A DNA stretch of 64,000 nucleotides from Sminthopsis crassicaudata (Eukaryota). The first letter of the stretch is position 1, and the number at the start of each line of letters is the position of its first letter. The notes under the pieces are model-generated. The model saw only the letters and a list, made by a program, of their open reading frames with translations. It was not told the origin of the DNA and did no database searches. This document shows, piece by piece, positions 48,338 to 60,790 of this stretch. The stretch spans positions 5,581,123 through 5,645,122 of the forward strand of contig NC_133620.1 in NCBI RefSeq assembly GCF_048593235.1. Direction: 5' to 3'. A program made the translations under genes and the position numbers.

Positions 48338-50485
48338 AACATAAAAAGAAGCTCGGACCAGGACATCTCTCTTTTCCCAAGAAGTAAGCATAGAAGTTCA
48401 AGGAGGAGTCTGGGATGAATGAGCAATCAAAAAAGAAACTGATATGTGGCAGGGAAGCACAAGACATAAATTCAGAAGAAGAAAACATCTATATGCAAAG
48501 ATGCAAAAGAAAAAAATGCAGGCTGAACACAAATCAAGTGAATTCCTAGAAGAGATAGATTTTTAAAAAGAGAAAAAAAAAAAGCTAAGAGCATTAGAAA
48601 CAAAAAGCTATTCAAAAATTATGAAAAGAGGTCTGAAACATTTTAAAGAAATTAACACTTTAAAAATTAGAATTACCAAATGAAAGTTAATGACTCCACA
48701 AGACATTTAGAAAAACAATCAAAAGGCACCCCCACAAAAAAAATAGAAAAAAAATTGAAATATCTAATAGGAAAAACAACCTGGAAAATAGATTGAAGAG
48801 AGATCATTTAAAAATCATTGGACTACTTGAAAGCCATGATCAACAGAAAAAGAATCCAGATGGATTTTAAGAAATTATAAAGAAAAATCACCCAACTAAG
48901 AACCAGAGAGCAAAATGAAGTCGAAAGAATTTATTACCTCCGAAAGAAACGCCAAAATGAAAACTCATAGGAACATTGTAGTCAAAATCCCGAACTCCCT
49001 GATCACAAAATAATAAAAACCAAAAAAATAGATACCAAGGAACCACAATCAGGTTCACATGAGACTTTAGCAGTTATCACTGTAAAGGAATGGAGGACTT
49101 GGAGTATAATCTGAAAGGGTATCTAGGATTACAGTCAAGTATGAGCTATCTGGCAAAAATGAACATAACCCTGTGGAGCATGGTGGGAAGAGGAGACAGG
49201 GCATTCAATGAAAGAGAACACTTTTGCATGCCTGATGAGAAGACCAGAACTGAAATAGAAAATTTGATGTTCAAAGATAGGATTCTAGAGCAGCATAAAA
49301 AAGGAAACATGAGACAAACATGATAAGGGATTAAACAAGGTTAAACTGTTTACACACATAGATGGGGAAAGGATGTAGGGCTTTAGAGGAAGTATGTGTA
49401 TGATTCTGTTATGTTAGATTAATCTCAAGAAGAATGGAAGGGTGAGGAGAAGGAATGCTCTCTGAGTTCTCTGAAGGGAAAGAAAGAAGGGGGAGGTCAT
49501 AATTAGAGTGTTCAAAGAAACATACAGTAGAGGAGAAAATAGTGTGGGCCATATTTGGACCTCATTCTCTTCTAAATTGGTTCAAGGAGAGATGAATAAA
49601 CATACACAGAATCAGAAATTCATCCTAGTAAGGAAAAGGGAAACAGAGGGGAGAGGGGGTAGATTAAGGGAAGTGTAGCGATCAGAAGCACAAGTAGTTG
49701 AGTTTAGAGTAAAAAGGATAAGTATAAGAAAGAATGTAGATATTAAATAGCAATCATAGCGATGTATGTGAAAAGGATGAAGCAGATTAGAAACCAGAAC
49801 CCCAAAATAAGTAGTTTGCAAGAAACAGTTGAAACAAAAAGATATGCATAGTTATAATCTGGGTCTGCAACTGACTATATTCTTCAGCTGAATTTAAAAG
49901 TTCAACCATCAAAAACCAGTAGTAATCATGATTACATACAAAGCAAAAGCAAACATAGGTCTAAGTAAAAGGGATGAACAAGGCAGGGAAACTTCATTTT
50001 GCCAAAAGGTACCACAGACAATATCAATACTGAACATATATGCACAAAATGGCACAGCATCCAAATTCTTGGGGAAAAAAAAAAGTTAAATGAGTTATAG
50101 GAAGAAAAACGGTAAAACTATACTAGGTAAATATAACCATAACATAAAATTAGTAGAATCTTAGAAAAGTTAGAATAGACCTCTGGAAAATATACCTATT
50201 TCTCAACAATACAAAGCTGCTTCACAAGAATTGATCATAAAAACCTCACCATCAAATAGTCATTTCATTAAAGATGATGACCAGACAACATACTAAATTT
50301 CTGGAATACAACTATAGCAGTACTTAGGAAAAATTTTATATATCTAAATCCCTACATCAATAAAAAAGAAAAAGATCAAATTGGGCATGTAACTAAAGTA
50401 GAAAAACAAAAATTCTCAAAACATATAGAAATTCTGAAAATCATAGATTAATCAAATTGAAAAATTTAAAAACATTAAACTAGTA

Positions 50486-50787
50486 TGTTGAGGACCATGC
50501 CCAAATCTAAACACAGAAAGCCTGCAAAGTGTTAAAGGGGACTGCACCATGAAGGGGCCGGTCTGTTCTCTGAAAGCCTTCACAGTTGTGAATTGTAACA
50601 CATTTGAAGGAATTGCAAATCAGCTTTTACTGAGGCAGATGTTTCTTGTGAATTGGGATTGAAATAAATTCGAGGCAAGAGGGACTCTGAGATCAGAGAA
50701 TGCAACTGCCTCTCAGTCTTCTACCATTATCGTCTTCTCACATGAAGGGATCTGTTATGCTGGTCAGAATTAGATCCCCAGCAGCCA
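50486..50787 (+). mobile_element. Solo LTR (302 bp) inserted in the L1
   Basis: TG...CA termini, AATAAA at 50663-50668, and 6-bp flanks CTAGTA / CTATTA with one mismatch. Confidence 0.75.
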
Positions 50788-51294
50788 CTATTATATATAA
50801 TATAAACACCAGCATATAAAACAAGGAACTGGTTTTTTAAAAACCCAGTCACATAAATATTGGATAATTTTTAAAAGGATTGGAGAAAACCAAATTGGAA
50901 AAAAAAACAAAATGAAAAGGATAAATTCACAACAAAATTATTTTGCCTAGCTATATGTCAACAAAAGTGATAACTTAAAAAATAAAAAAGACTAAATGTT
51001 TACAAAAACATTGTACAAAAACCATTGCTCATGCAGGAAATAGAATATTTAAATAACCCTATCTTAAAAAAAGAAATTGAACTCTTCCCCCAAAAACCCA
51101 AAAAACAAAAATGATGGAATGGATTTACAAACTAATTCTGCCAAACTTTTTGTTGTTGTTGTTGTGAGGCAGCTAGGTTAAATAAGTTGCCACGAATCAC
51201 ACAGCTAGAGATGTCTGAGGTCAGATTTGAATTCAGGTCCTTCTGACTCTAGGGCCTACAGAATCTTAAAAATTAGTTTCAATACAATGTAAAC

Positions 51295-51600
51295 TTTTTT
51301 CTTTATCTTTTTATTATAGCTTTTTATTTACGAGATATATACATGAGTAATTTTTCAGCATTGACCCTTGCAAAACCTTCTGTTCCAACTTTTTCCCTCC
51401 TTCCCCGAGATGGCAGGTAGACTAATACAGGTTAAATATATTAAAGTATATGTTAAATACAATATATGTATACATATCCATACAGTTATTTTGCTGCATA
51501 AGGAGAATTGGACTTTGAAAAAAGGTAAAAATAACCTGAGAAGGAAATCAAAAATGCAAGCTGTTAACAAAGGAATTAGAAATGCTATGTAGTGAACTCA
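51295..51600 (-). mobile_element. Younger L1 3' end inserted antisense in the old L1
   Basis: T-rich tail and the same 3'UTR family as 12635-13033. Confidence 0.8.
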
Positions 51601-53821
51601 TTGTTTTTTAAACATTAGGACATCCTCCTTTGATACAAATATTATGACACCTAAACCCGGGAGAGCCAAAACAGAAATCTGTAATCCAAATTTCCCTAAT
51701 GACTATTGATGCAAAAAATTTAAATATAGGCAAGGTTATAGAAATCTATCACAAGATCATACACTATGACAAAATTGGATTTTATATCATAAATACAGGC
51801 TTGATTCAGTATTAGGAAAACTATCAACATAATTGACCAATAATCAAAAAAAAAATTATGTGATTATTTCAATGGAAGCTGAAAAGGCTTTTGACAAAAT
51901 ACACTACCTTATTAAAAGCACTAGAAAACAGAACTTTCCTTAGTGCTAGCTGATCCTTGAATCATAAGTGAATTGGATTTCCTCTAGTCAGTAAAGCCCA
52001 GTGGTTGACAAAAGTTGATGGTGGCTTAGGATGCAGTGGATAACTTCCCAAATTAAAATGATTTCCCCCTGTTTTGATTTGTCTGAGGTCACAGTAGGCA
52101 TTTAAAACCAAGAGCAAGCATATTATACACAATGGGGACAAAAGCTTTTTGTTTGCAGATAGAAGGTGAAATAATGTCTATTACAATAACGATTTGATAT
52201 TACAGTAAAATAAGCAATAAGTAACAGTAAGACAAGAACAACATTGTGCAAGACATGGGGACGTGGAATGTCATTGGAAAAGATCCAAGCTAATGACCTT
52301 TCACTTTTGGGGAGAACAGAGACTGGATATTACTCCTTTTTCTAGCCTGCAAAGGCTCCAACTTAGGAGGAGACAAGGAGGCATCAAGGGCTGAGTTAAT
52401 GAAGAGGATTCTGTAGGAATGCCTCAAGGATTCCCAGATAGGCCAAGTATCCTTGGTTCCGAAACAAGATAGAGTTGTGGGAGTCAGGCTCATACCAATT
52501 TAAACTACATTTAGATGTTCTTGCTTACATCGAACTAGAAGCCTACCTCACTGTTTGACCCAGTGGTCCTAGTCAGATCTTTAAAGGACAGTCAGAACAA
52601 TAAAAATCTTACTGGGTCATCTTTAGGAAGTTAAGAAAATGAGCACATACCCCTTAAATCTCTAGTATATGAAATAGATGTCTAAAATTCTAACAACCAT
52701 CCAGTGTCTGGCAGGAAGCTAGAATTGTCTCATTCTCCTGTTTTCGGATCAGGTCTAACTTACCCATGCTTTGAACACTATGCTAGAGTCTTCCTGATGT
52801 GGTCAGTGTAGTCTAATAGAGAGACCACTTTCTCATTCTGGATATTCTGGAATTCATGAGAACTGAAGAATCTGTGGAAGATGATTAAGTATTGTGTTGA
52901 TGATGAAATAGAGTAACCTAGGCTTTGACTCTACATATTGGAAATGGGCTTTCTTTTTTTCATCTCCACTAAAGAGGAAAGACTTTCATGGGCCCTGGAG
53001 ATTTGCTTATATTTAATTTAGAACTCTCAATCTTATGTTGCCTTAACTATTAAACATCCCCCAAAGCATTTTTTTTGGTAATATAGTACTTTATATACTT
53101 TAGGTATTGATAGAAGGTGTAGGAAATTGATTTGAACTATACATCTTTGGAATAAATGCAGTTGTGTTGGTGATGCTAATGTGTGCACTAAATCTGGTCT
53201 TACTCTCCTTTCTCCTAAATAGATGAATAAATTTTTATGGAGCATCTCTTACTTATAAATTACTGTAGTAGATTCTAAAAACGGGAGTGCAAAAGGTAAT
53301 TCTGATTAACTGAGCATCTCAGGGATCTTATTGTTCCTTGTAGATTCATCTGACCTTTGTTGCTTGTCCATCCTAAGAGTCCCTTCCTCCAGTCAAAGTA
53401 ATCTACTTATTCTTCCCGGGTTCAGAGAATGGAAACCTCCTCTGTAGCAGTGGTACTTCATTTTTATATGTGTTGTGGACCTCTTTGTTTGTGCAGTGTC
53501 AAACTATAGAAAAATATTTTTAGATTCTAGGTTTAGAATCTCTGATCTACAGGGTCTACATAAAGTCCTTGGAGGTATATTTAAATGTAAATGTTAGGTT
53601 ATCATAGAAAAACAATCATAAGAAAGTTAATTATGGATCAAGACTATATTCCCATTCAGTTCTTGGGACAAATGAAAAATGACTAAGACAAAAAGGTAAT
53701 CACCCAGTGAATGAATGACTAACATAATTGAAATCCAAATCAATTAGAAGAAAGATCCATTTACTTCTAAATACTTTTTTTATAGATTTTTTTCCTATAA
53801 TACCTTCAACTTTGAATTATT

Positions 53822-53964
53822 GGGGCAGCTAGGTGGTGCAGTGGATAGAGCACCAGCCTTGAATTCAGGGGGACCCGAGTTCAAATCTGATCTTAGCACT
53901 TCCTAGCTGTGCGACCCTGGGCAAGTCACTCAATCCCAGCCTCAGGGGAAAAAAAAAAAAAAAG
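53822..53964 (+). mobile_element. Young WSINE1-like SINE with short internal deletion
   Basis: Intact A and B boxes and a long poly(A). TSD GAATTATT at 53814-53821 and 53965-53972. Confidence 0.93.
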
Positions 53965-55060
53965 GAATTATTAAACTTTTTTACGTAAACACTTTATGAA
54001 GATCCTGTGTAATGAACACTATTTTAGCAAAGAACTTAGAGCAGCTCCAGTATCCTAATAAATTATGCTTTTGTAGACAAGTAACCTAGGATAGATAAAA
54101 TTAGAAAAATTAATGTTAGAGGATATAACTTCACTATACTTCAATTGGCTAGTAGTGTTAGGTAGAGGGTTAATTATAAAAACATAAATCACCAACAAAA
54201 TGTTGGATACAACACAGAAGAAGAGTTCCCCATCATTTGGCTGTCCACCCTTACCAGCTTCCAACACATTCTTTAATGTATATTAAATGACAAAAATGAA
54301 GCCATTTGCCTACAGTTTTCCTGGGATTTCTTTCCTTTTAGCTACCATCAAATGAATGAAATTAAAATAACATTGGTAATTGGAGAGTGTGTGCCAAAGT
54401 TTCCATTTTAAGCAATCAAACTTCAATGATTAAAACAAAAAACCCTATTCATTGTGTTTATGTGTGCCCTGATGAAATTCATAGACTCTAAGTTAAGTGC
54501 CCTCTTTTTATTACTGTTATTTTCAGTCTAAGCAGGGTACTTCTGGGAGAAGTAAAAATGGGCCATGTTCCCATCCACTTATCCCTAAGGATTCCTAAGG
54601 AATGAGAACTTCTCTGGGTTTGGTTAGTTCTGGTCTCTGATAGGAATTACGATCACGGATGATAAGGAAGATGTATGCCATAGAATGTTCGAGGGAGCTT
54701 GTTCACCTGCTTGTCTCCCACCCATTTGGTCATCACTCTGCCCTTGTCTAAAGCGACGCCAGGAAGCAAATCTGGACAACTGACAACTGAGAGGACAATT
54801 GACAACTCTGGGTTGATTTCTAATCACTAAAGTGGCCAGATGCACAGTCTTCTCCCCCTAGAAACAGGAAACGGCAGCAACTGGGGCTGATAAATCTGTC
54901 CTGGAGACTCAGACATGTCAGCTCTGCTTGGAAAGGAAGACTGCAGACAATACTCTTTTAAGAAAAAAAACCTAAATTTTGGTTTTTAGTTCATGAAAAT
55001 TCATCCTTTCCTCCTCTCAACCCAAGTCTTGATATTGGCCATAAATAAAGGAAAAAGAAA

Positions 55061-55061
<1 letters not shown>

Positions 55062-55092
<31 letters not shown>
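55062..55092. repeat. (TG)n microsatellite
   Basis: About 15 perfect TG units. Confidence 0.97.
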
Positions 55093-55094
<2 letters not shown>

Positions 55095-55399
55095 ATACAT
55101 ATAAAGTTACTTTATATAAGTAAACATACTTATATATGTCTACACTTATATAAAGTAAGTATGTAGATACATTGTTGTAATAACACTAGGGAGCATTTAT
55201 ATAGTATAAATGTTTGCCAAGCACTTTAGAAACACTCTCAAACAAAAATCGCAACAGTGTTTGTGTCCAAAAATGGATGTCTCTTTCTACATCTTGAGTT
55301 CATTTTATTCATTGTATTCATTTGCCTCACACACTTTAGTAAAAGCTAATTATTACTATTGGTATTACAAAAGAACCCAGTATTTCTGTTCCTCTCTCT

Positions 55400-56110
55400 T
55401 GGACTGGAGGAGAGCTTTCTGGGCAAGTCTGGGAGATTGATGAGCAGATTTTCTTCTGCTGCCAGTTTGCATTGTCTGAGCAGCCCCTCAAGGTCCAGGT
55501 CTCAGGGCTTGGGCCTTCGGGTGGACATAGAGTTGCACTGGGATATTGGAGTTCTCTAATGTAGCTGGGGAGGCTAGGAGCTTTCATTTCTTAGGAGTGA
55601 CGGTTGGTGACTGGGGGGTCAGCCTGGCCCGTAAGACCTTGTCTCAGGCTCACCTCTGTTCTGGCCTGTCTGTGCCTGTACTATTCCAGATCTGGGGCAC
55701 AGAGAGACCAAGGAAGAGTCTATCAGAAATGGCAAGAAGACCAGTTTGACATGGAGGAAACATGGAAGGTGTAAGAAGACAGGAAGGGTCTAAGTCATTT
55801 CATTCCCAAACTCGGGAGTTTCTATTTGATTCTGGAGGGAAAGGGCAGCCTTGAGTTTACTGAACAGGGAGAAGGCAATGCCGTGTGGTCAGGTTTGTGC
55901 GTCAGGAAAACCACTTTGGCAGTTGTTTAGAGGACAACTTGGATCGGGGACAAATTTGAGGCAGGGAGACCCATTTGGAGGCTATTACAGTAGTCCAGGT
56001 GAGAGGTGATGGGCTTCCGGACTCCAGTATTGACTGTATGAATAAAGAAACCAGGACAGGAATGAGAGATGGCGAATGAGTAGAGCTGACAATCTGGACA
56101 TGGAAGAGGG
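55400..56110 (-). mobile_element. L2 remnant
   Basis: 'ggaggctattacagtagtccaggtgagaggtgatgg' and its surroundings match the reverse-oriented L2 pattern. Confidence 0.65.
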
Positions 56111-57519
56111 TAAGGAAGTGAGCAGTAAGATACCTAGATCAGGATCAGTCCTGAATGGCTGACCTCATTTTCCTGCAAAACCCATTGGTGCTAGAATTGG
56201 AGTCTGCCAAATTGGAGAGAAGAACTTGGAAGTTCTGGATCCTGGAGGTGGAATCTTTAGAGAGGAGGCTCTGGGCTTCCTCATCTGTGGATGAGGGACA
56301 GAGATGGTGAAGGGCATGGGAACTGAGGGAGAATGATGAACTGGGGAGCCTTCTCTGTCTGAGCCTCTTTAAACTCAGCGAGACTGGTCACGACATATAC
56401 TGACGTCCCTGAGGATAAGTGCAGAGCCAGAAGGAAAAGCTGTACGGAACTCTGAAGGAGGAGGACAAACGACCTGGTGACAACTGCTGCCAGAGTCTGG
56501 AGGGATAGAAACGTAAGGGGGAACAGGCTGCTGACTGGAAGAGAGAGGGTCTGGGAGTGGCAAGCAGGACAGGAAGCAGGCCTCCTCCCCCTTCTGATCT
56601 ACCAAGTCTGCAGGGGGGAGGGGGGAGCGGAAGATGCATCTAGTGCTTCTTGGAGGATAGTGGCCAAGGTTGCTGGGCCTTCTGGAGGGAGAGGGAAGAC
56701 TTGATAGCGAGAGCCATAGGTCATTGAGGGAGGGCCATTTGTTAACAACAGAACGGAGTTCCAGAGGAAGCTGATCAATTTGAAATCTCACCACTGGGCT
56801 ATGTAAACTGGAACATAAATCTTGTTCCAGAGAGAGATTTCCCCTCTTTAGCTCCTATCGGAATGTTTATTTTCCCTCATAGTTCAACTAGAGAGGTCTT
56901 CCTTCCTTTCCTCTTTATTAAAGAACCTATTTATTAATGTCTGCAAATCATCTACAACAGGAACAAGGAGGAGCTGTGTCAGCAAAGTGCACTTTCTCCT
57001 AGGCACATGCAGGGATTCAGAAAGGGGAAGGGACAGATTTGCTAGCCCAATGACAGTAGTTTGTCACACTTCGCCCAGTGACAGTTGCGCTCACTTGTCC
57101 CCCCTCTCCCAGCTAAGTTGATATTCTTTCTCGGTGATGAGGGAGGAAGGGCAGAAGCTAGCTGGTCCCTGTCTGGATGTCTGGGCTCCGAGTTCCTTAT
57201 GAGAATTCCACAACATGGAATCTTTAAGTTGGCAACATTCTAGGAGAACTAGCGGGTGAGAATAGGTCAGGTTTCCATTCAAGGAGAGTCATCCGTTTTT
57301 GTTGAGTTGTTTGAAAGTTGTTCAAAGTATAACTTGTTTTGAGTCTGGTGCATTTATTTATTTATTTTTGGACACTATACTTCCCATAATTCATATGCTG
57401 GGTAGGTAAATTTTATATTTAAAATATTTTATGTTTAAATTATTTTTTTCTGCAATAACATAATTTTTAAGACGTCAAGACCCACCTTGTGAAACTTGTG
57501 CATAAATGTTCCCAGCACA

Positions 57520-57720
57520 TCTGGGAACACCAATCCTGTTCTCTTGCCCCTTTTCAAAATGAGGACATTTGCCCTTCTGTAGTCAAGGGGCACTGATGGT
57601 AGGTGAGCATGCCCATCTACCGATCCTTTTGGTCTGTCAGGATGGAGTTGGTCTGTCCAGGTGACTGGAACTCATTAGGAATGGCCAGGGCTCCCTTCCT
57701 GTCACCTTGTTAATCTTGAA
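57520..57720 (-). mobile_element. CR1/L3 ORF2 remnant
   Basis: 'ccccttttcaaaatgaggacatttgcccttctgtagtc...ccaggtgactggaactc' is the reverse of the L3 segment encoding the K..GPD / P.FKKG region. Confidence 0.6.
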
Positions 57721-58119
57721 TATCAACTTCCTATTAGCGGGTTTTTGTTCTGTCCTTCCCTGACTGTTCAAAGGTCGATTTTCTTGGCACCGAAAACAGA
57801 AACCAAGCCAGGCTCCAGCCATTCCCTCTTCTCTCAGTCCTTAGTGCCTGTCCCAGGCATCTAGCAACAATCTTTGAGTTTCTTCTTTCCCCCCAATAGG
57901 GCTGAAAAAAATGACCTTTTTGTTCCTTAGCCATCCCTCCTCAGCAATCATCCCAGCTCACACACCATTGTCACACAGCCTCTCTTCCTGCTCCTTGCTT
58001 CCAATTCTCATCTGTAGCTTTGGAGAAAAGTAGTTGGTTGGCTGGTGGGGGGGGGGGGGTCCCCATGCCGTAGTACTTGGAGTCACCTTCTGTTTTCCTC
58101 TTTCTAAAATTGGATTTCA

Positions 58120-58620
58120 GTATAATTGGTCTCCTTTGCAATCCTACATATTTGGTTTGATTATTTTAAATTAATTTTTTTTCAATCAACAAAAATCCTC
58201 CTGACCTCCCTATCTTCTCTGTTTCCCAGTGAAAAAGAAAGAAAAACAAAACCCATCACAAACACTAATAGTGGAGGAAAACAAATTCCTGCATGGGGCA
58301 TGTCCAAAAATTGCCCATTGCCTGAGGCGGTTGGAAATCTATCAGCCTATTAGGAAGTAAAGAATGTGTTTCTTCTCATTTCCTGAAATTATGATTGGTC
58401 CTTGCATTGAGTTCCTAAGTCCTTCAGATATTGCTGTCACTACATACTCTGCATTAGTTCCTACAAGTCCTCCAGGTTTCTCTGAAACAATTCCCTTCAT
58501 TATTTCTTATAGCACAATAGCCTCCCACCATAATCCATGCAGCATAATTCTTCAGCCATTCCTCAGTTGGTCACCCTCTTAGTTCTTGCCATTCTGAAAA
58601 GAAGATGCTGTAAATGTTTT
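58120..58620 (-). mobile_element. Older L1 3' end
   Basis: Same older L1 3'UTR type as 13225-14500. Confidence 0.7.
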
Positions 58621-58974
58621 GCTTATCTTAGAGTTTGTTTTGCTTAAAGCTGATTCCACTGAATGTTGAAAATTATCGTTGAGTACATTTTGAAAATAAA
58701 AAGCTATTAAAAAAAAGCATACTGCTCCAGAAAATGACAAATTAATGATAAATATTTTGTTATATTTTTATTTATCATGTTCATATTTTCCAATTACATT
58801 TTTAAGCTTGAAAAAACAAAGTTATCCCTCTCTTAATTTTTTCCTCTTCCAATCTTCCTTTTCTCACCTATTTAGAGTTGCCTGAAGTTCTGACATACTG
58901 AGTTGTCAATGGTCACATAGTAAGGATGTGTCAGAAATGGATGGAAGCTCAGATCTTTTTAATTCTTAGTCTGT

Positions 58975-59329
58975 CTATCTGTCTCCCCCCCCCCCCCCCT
59001 TCTCACACACATGCTCTGTTTCTTTGTCTTCTCTCTCTTGTCCATCTGTGTCTGTCTGTGTCTCTTTCATACACACATTCACACATATGCTCTCTGTCTC
59101 TCTGCCTTCTCTCTCTGTCTCTCTCCCTCCCCTTTTCTCGCTGTCCTCTGTCTTGATCTCTGTCTCTCTCTTTGTCTCTGTTTTTCTGGCTCTCTCTGTC
59201 TCTTTCATACTCACATACACACACACATTCACACATATGCTCTGTTTTCTCTCTTTCTCTCTGTCTTCTCTCTCTGTCTCTGTCTCCCTCCCTCTTTTCT
59301 CTCTCTGTCCTCTGTCTCTCTCTCTCTCT

Positions 59330-59370
<41 letters not shown>

Positions 59371-59385
59371 CCACACACATGCACA
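58975..59385. repeat. Compound CT/CA low-complexity repeat with a ~150-bp higher-order duplication and terminal (CA)n
   Basis: 'tgtctctttcatac...cacattcacacatatgctct...tgtcctctgtct' occurs twice. (CA)n at 59333-59368. Confidence 0.9.
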
Positions 59386-59584
59386 TGCATGGATCTATTT
59401 CTATGATGTTCAGAAAATAATATCTTGAGTTACACAGAGATCTTGCTGCTAGTACACTTTTAGGCAGAGGAATGAATAAAAGCAAAAGTCCTTTGAATCA
59501 TGGTTATGTTTGAGAAATTTTATGCTAATTTCTTACTTTATGTGTTTGTTTATGTGCATTATTCTCATATCCTCTTAATGCAAT

Positions 59585-60790
59585 GGTGATCAATCAATCA
59601 ATCAATCAATAAACAATTAATTCCTACATGTGCAGTCCCTGTGCAAAGCACTGGGAATGGGAAAAAAAAAGAGGCAAAAGACAGACCTTGTCTTTCATGA
59701 GCAAGTACATCTGAACTATAGACAGGATCAATAGGAAACAATGAACAGGGGCAAAGGCATTCGAATCGCCAGGGATTGGGCCAGGCTTCCTGGAATATTT
59801 TGTTATTATTTATTTATGTGCTTATTTTTGTTGTTATTTAAAGTGACCAGTGAGGTCAGTAGTCAGAGCTGAGGAGGGAGAGCCGTCCAAGCAGCCCAAA
59901 AGAATGACCAGAGTGGAGGGCAGAAGGTCTTGTTCATGGAACAGCGGCTCAGACACTTCATGGGGAGGAATTAGATGTCAGATAACTGGAAAAAGAGCAG
60001 GGGACCAGGTTCTGAAGGCTCTGAATGATAAACAAAGGATCTTGTATTTGAGCATGAAATGACAGCATTAGAGTTCATCAAACAGAGAGGTGAAATAGCT
60101 TGTGCAAACTCACTTTAGTGACTGAATAGAATGGACTGGAGCAGGGAGAAACTCGGGGTAGCCAGATGCCCCAGCAGCTATCGCAGGAGTAGAAGTATGA
60201 GGTGATGATCGTGGACCTGCCTGGGGTGGCGGGATCAGAGAGGAGGGTTGTATTTGAGGGATATTATACAAACAGAAGCAACAGACCTTGATACCATCTT
60301 GGAAATGGAGGCGAAGGGATAATGAGGAGTCCAAGCTAACATCTAGGTTGAGAGGTTGAGCTACTGGGAGAAGGGTGGTACCCTTGGCAGTAATGGTGGT
60401 GGAGGAAGGCTAAGAAAAAAGATGATGAGTTTGCTTCTGGACATATTGAATTTCAAATGCTTTCTGGACGTCCAGTTTGAGGTGCTTGAAAGGCAGATTG
60501 GAGACTGGAGACTGGAGGGCAGCAGAGAAGTTGAGGCGGGATGGGTAGGTTTGAGAATTTTCAGTGAATCTTCATTCAGTCCGTGGGAGCTGAGGAGATC
60601 ATCCAGGATAGGGGAGACCAGGGCCCAGGACAGAAGGAGGGGGACAGCTAGGCTTAGAGATCTGGCTGAGGATCTAATAAAGGAGACCAGAAGGATCGTC
60701 AGAGAGGCCGTAGAAGAGCCAGGAGAGAGAGAGTTCCAATACCTGCTGAGAAGAGAGGAGGAGAGCCGAGGTCAAAGAAAATGAGGTTTG
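59585..60790 (-). mobile_element. Long L2 3' fragment
   Basis: Starts with a (TCAA)n tail (reverse of the L2 TTGA tail), then 'tgtgcaaagcactggg' and an extended purine-rich L2 body. Confidence 0.8.

Larger units (their letters stand above)
47592..52250 (+). mobile_element. Long degraded marsupial L1 (5'UTR, ORF1 and deleted ORF2 relics) with nested insertions
   Basis: Starts 'ggaggcagagtcaagacgatgg', like marsupial L1 5' ends. ORF1-like relic at ~48340-49320 (MEDLEYNLKGYLGLQSSMSYLAKM). A-rich ORF2 relics include 'atttcaatggaagctgaaaaggcttttgacaaaat' (ISIDAEKAFDK-like). Confidence 0.8.

Noticed and set aside
56375-56794. 139-aa minus-strand ORF in a CpG-retaining block
   Set aside because: It starts at GTG, has no recognisable domain and has no clear splice signals. 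It lies beside L2 relics and may be repeat-derived.
58926-59485. ER-rich, LS-rich and HT-rich ORFs
   Set aside because: They are translations of CT/CA microsatellite sequence.
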